Assembly (NCBI RefSeq): GCF_004010195.1
Contig: NC_057728.1
Span: 48,715,152-48,779,151 of the forward strand
Direction: 5' to 3'
Source: Chiloscyllium plagiosum
Lineage: Eukaryota
Length of the DNA: 64,000 bases
Below, one piece after another: positions 63,321 to 64,000 of this stretch; the stretch's first letter is position 1; the number at the start of each line of letters is the position of its first letter. A program made the translations under genes and the position numbers. The notes beneath the pieces were generated by a model. It did no database searches and was not told where the DNA came from. It saw only the letters and a list, made by a program, of their open reading frames with translations.

Positions 63321-63993
63321 TAGAGTCATAGAGATGTACAGCATGGAAACAGACCCTTCGGTCCAACCCGTCCATGCCGATCAGATATCCCAACCCAATC
63401 AAGTCCCACCTGCCAGCACCCGGCCCATATCCCTCCAAATCCTTCCTATTCATATACCCATCCAAGTGCCTTTTAAATGTTGCAATTGTACCAGCCTCCA
63501 CCACATCCTCTGGCAGCTCATTCCATACACGTACCACCCTCTGCATGAAAAAGTTGCCCTTAGGTCTCTTTTATATCTTTCCCCTCTCACCCTAAACCTA
63601 TGCCCTCTAGTTCTGGACTCCCCAGCCCCAGGGAAAAGACTTTGTCTATTTATCCTATCCATGCCCCTATCCATGCCCATAATTTTGTAAACCTCTATAA
63701 GGTCACCCCTCAGCCTCCGACGCTCCAGGGAAAACAGCCCCAGCCTGTTCAGCCTCTCCCTATAGCTCAAATCCTCCAACCCTGGCAACATCCTCGTAAA
63801 TCTTTTCTGAACCATTTCAAGTTTCGGAAGGAAACCAGAATTGCAGGCAATATTCCAACAGTGGCCTAACCAATGTCCTGTACAGCCGCAACATGACCTC
63901 CCAACTCCTGTACTCAATACTCTGACCGATAAAGGAAAGCATACCAAACGCTTTCTTCACTATCCTATCTACCTGCGACTCCACTTTCAAGGA
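63321..63993 (-). mobile_element. CR1 LINE 3' fragment
   Basis: Nearly identical to 5550-6232. Confidence 0.9.
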
Positions 63994-64000
63994 GTTTTGA

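Overview
AT-rich vertebrate genomic DNA, almost certainly from a shark or ray: it carries HE1-type V-SINEs, abundant HER1/CR1-type LINEs and Penelope-like elements. Two spliced protein-coding genes lie in tandem on the minus strand. RAB3IP (Rabin8) has 9 coding exons from 63254 down to the stop at 23642, and its first coding exon(s) lie beyond the right edge. MYRFL has its ATG at 18036 and 5 traceable coding exons down to 2358, and probably continues past the left edge. All called exons have GT-AG boundaries with consistent phases. Much of the remaining sequence is retroelement debris: one near-full-length CR1 with an esterase-type ORF1, many truncated CR1s, SINEs, a decayed tRNA-Ile(AAT) and a fossil Gmr1-like Gypsy gag/SCAN. 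The most striking unannotated signal is a set of short, non-coding, hairpin-shaped Penelope-derived insertions from two families. They carry minimal hammerhead ribozyme motifs and mostly 12-15 bp target-site duplications. In three of them the inversion point lies only a few nucleotides from the ribozyme core. Family and gene assignments come from recalled sequence similarity, not from database searches.
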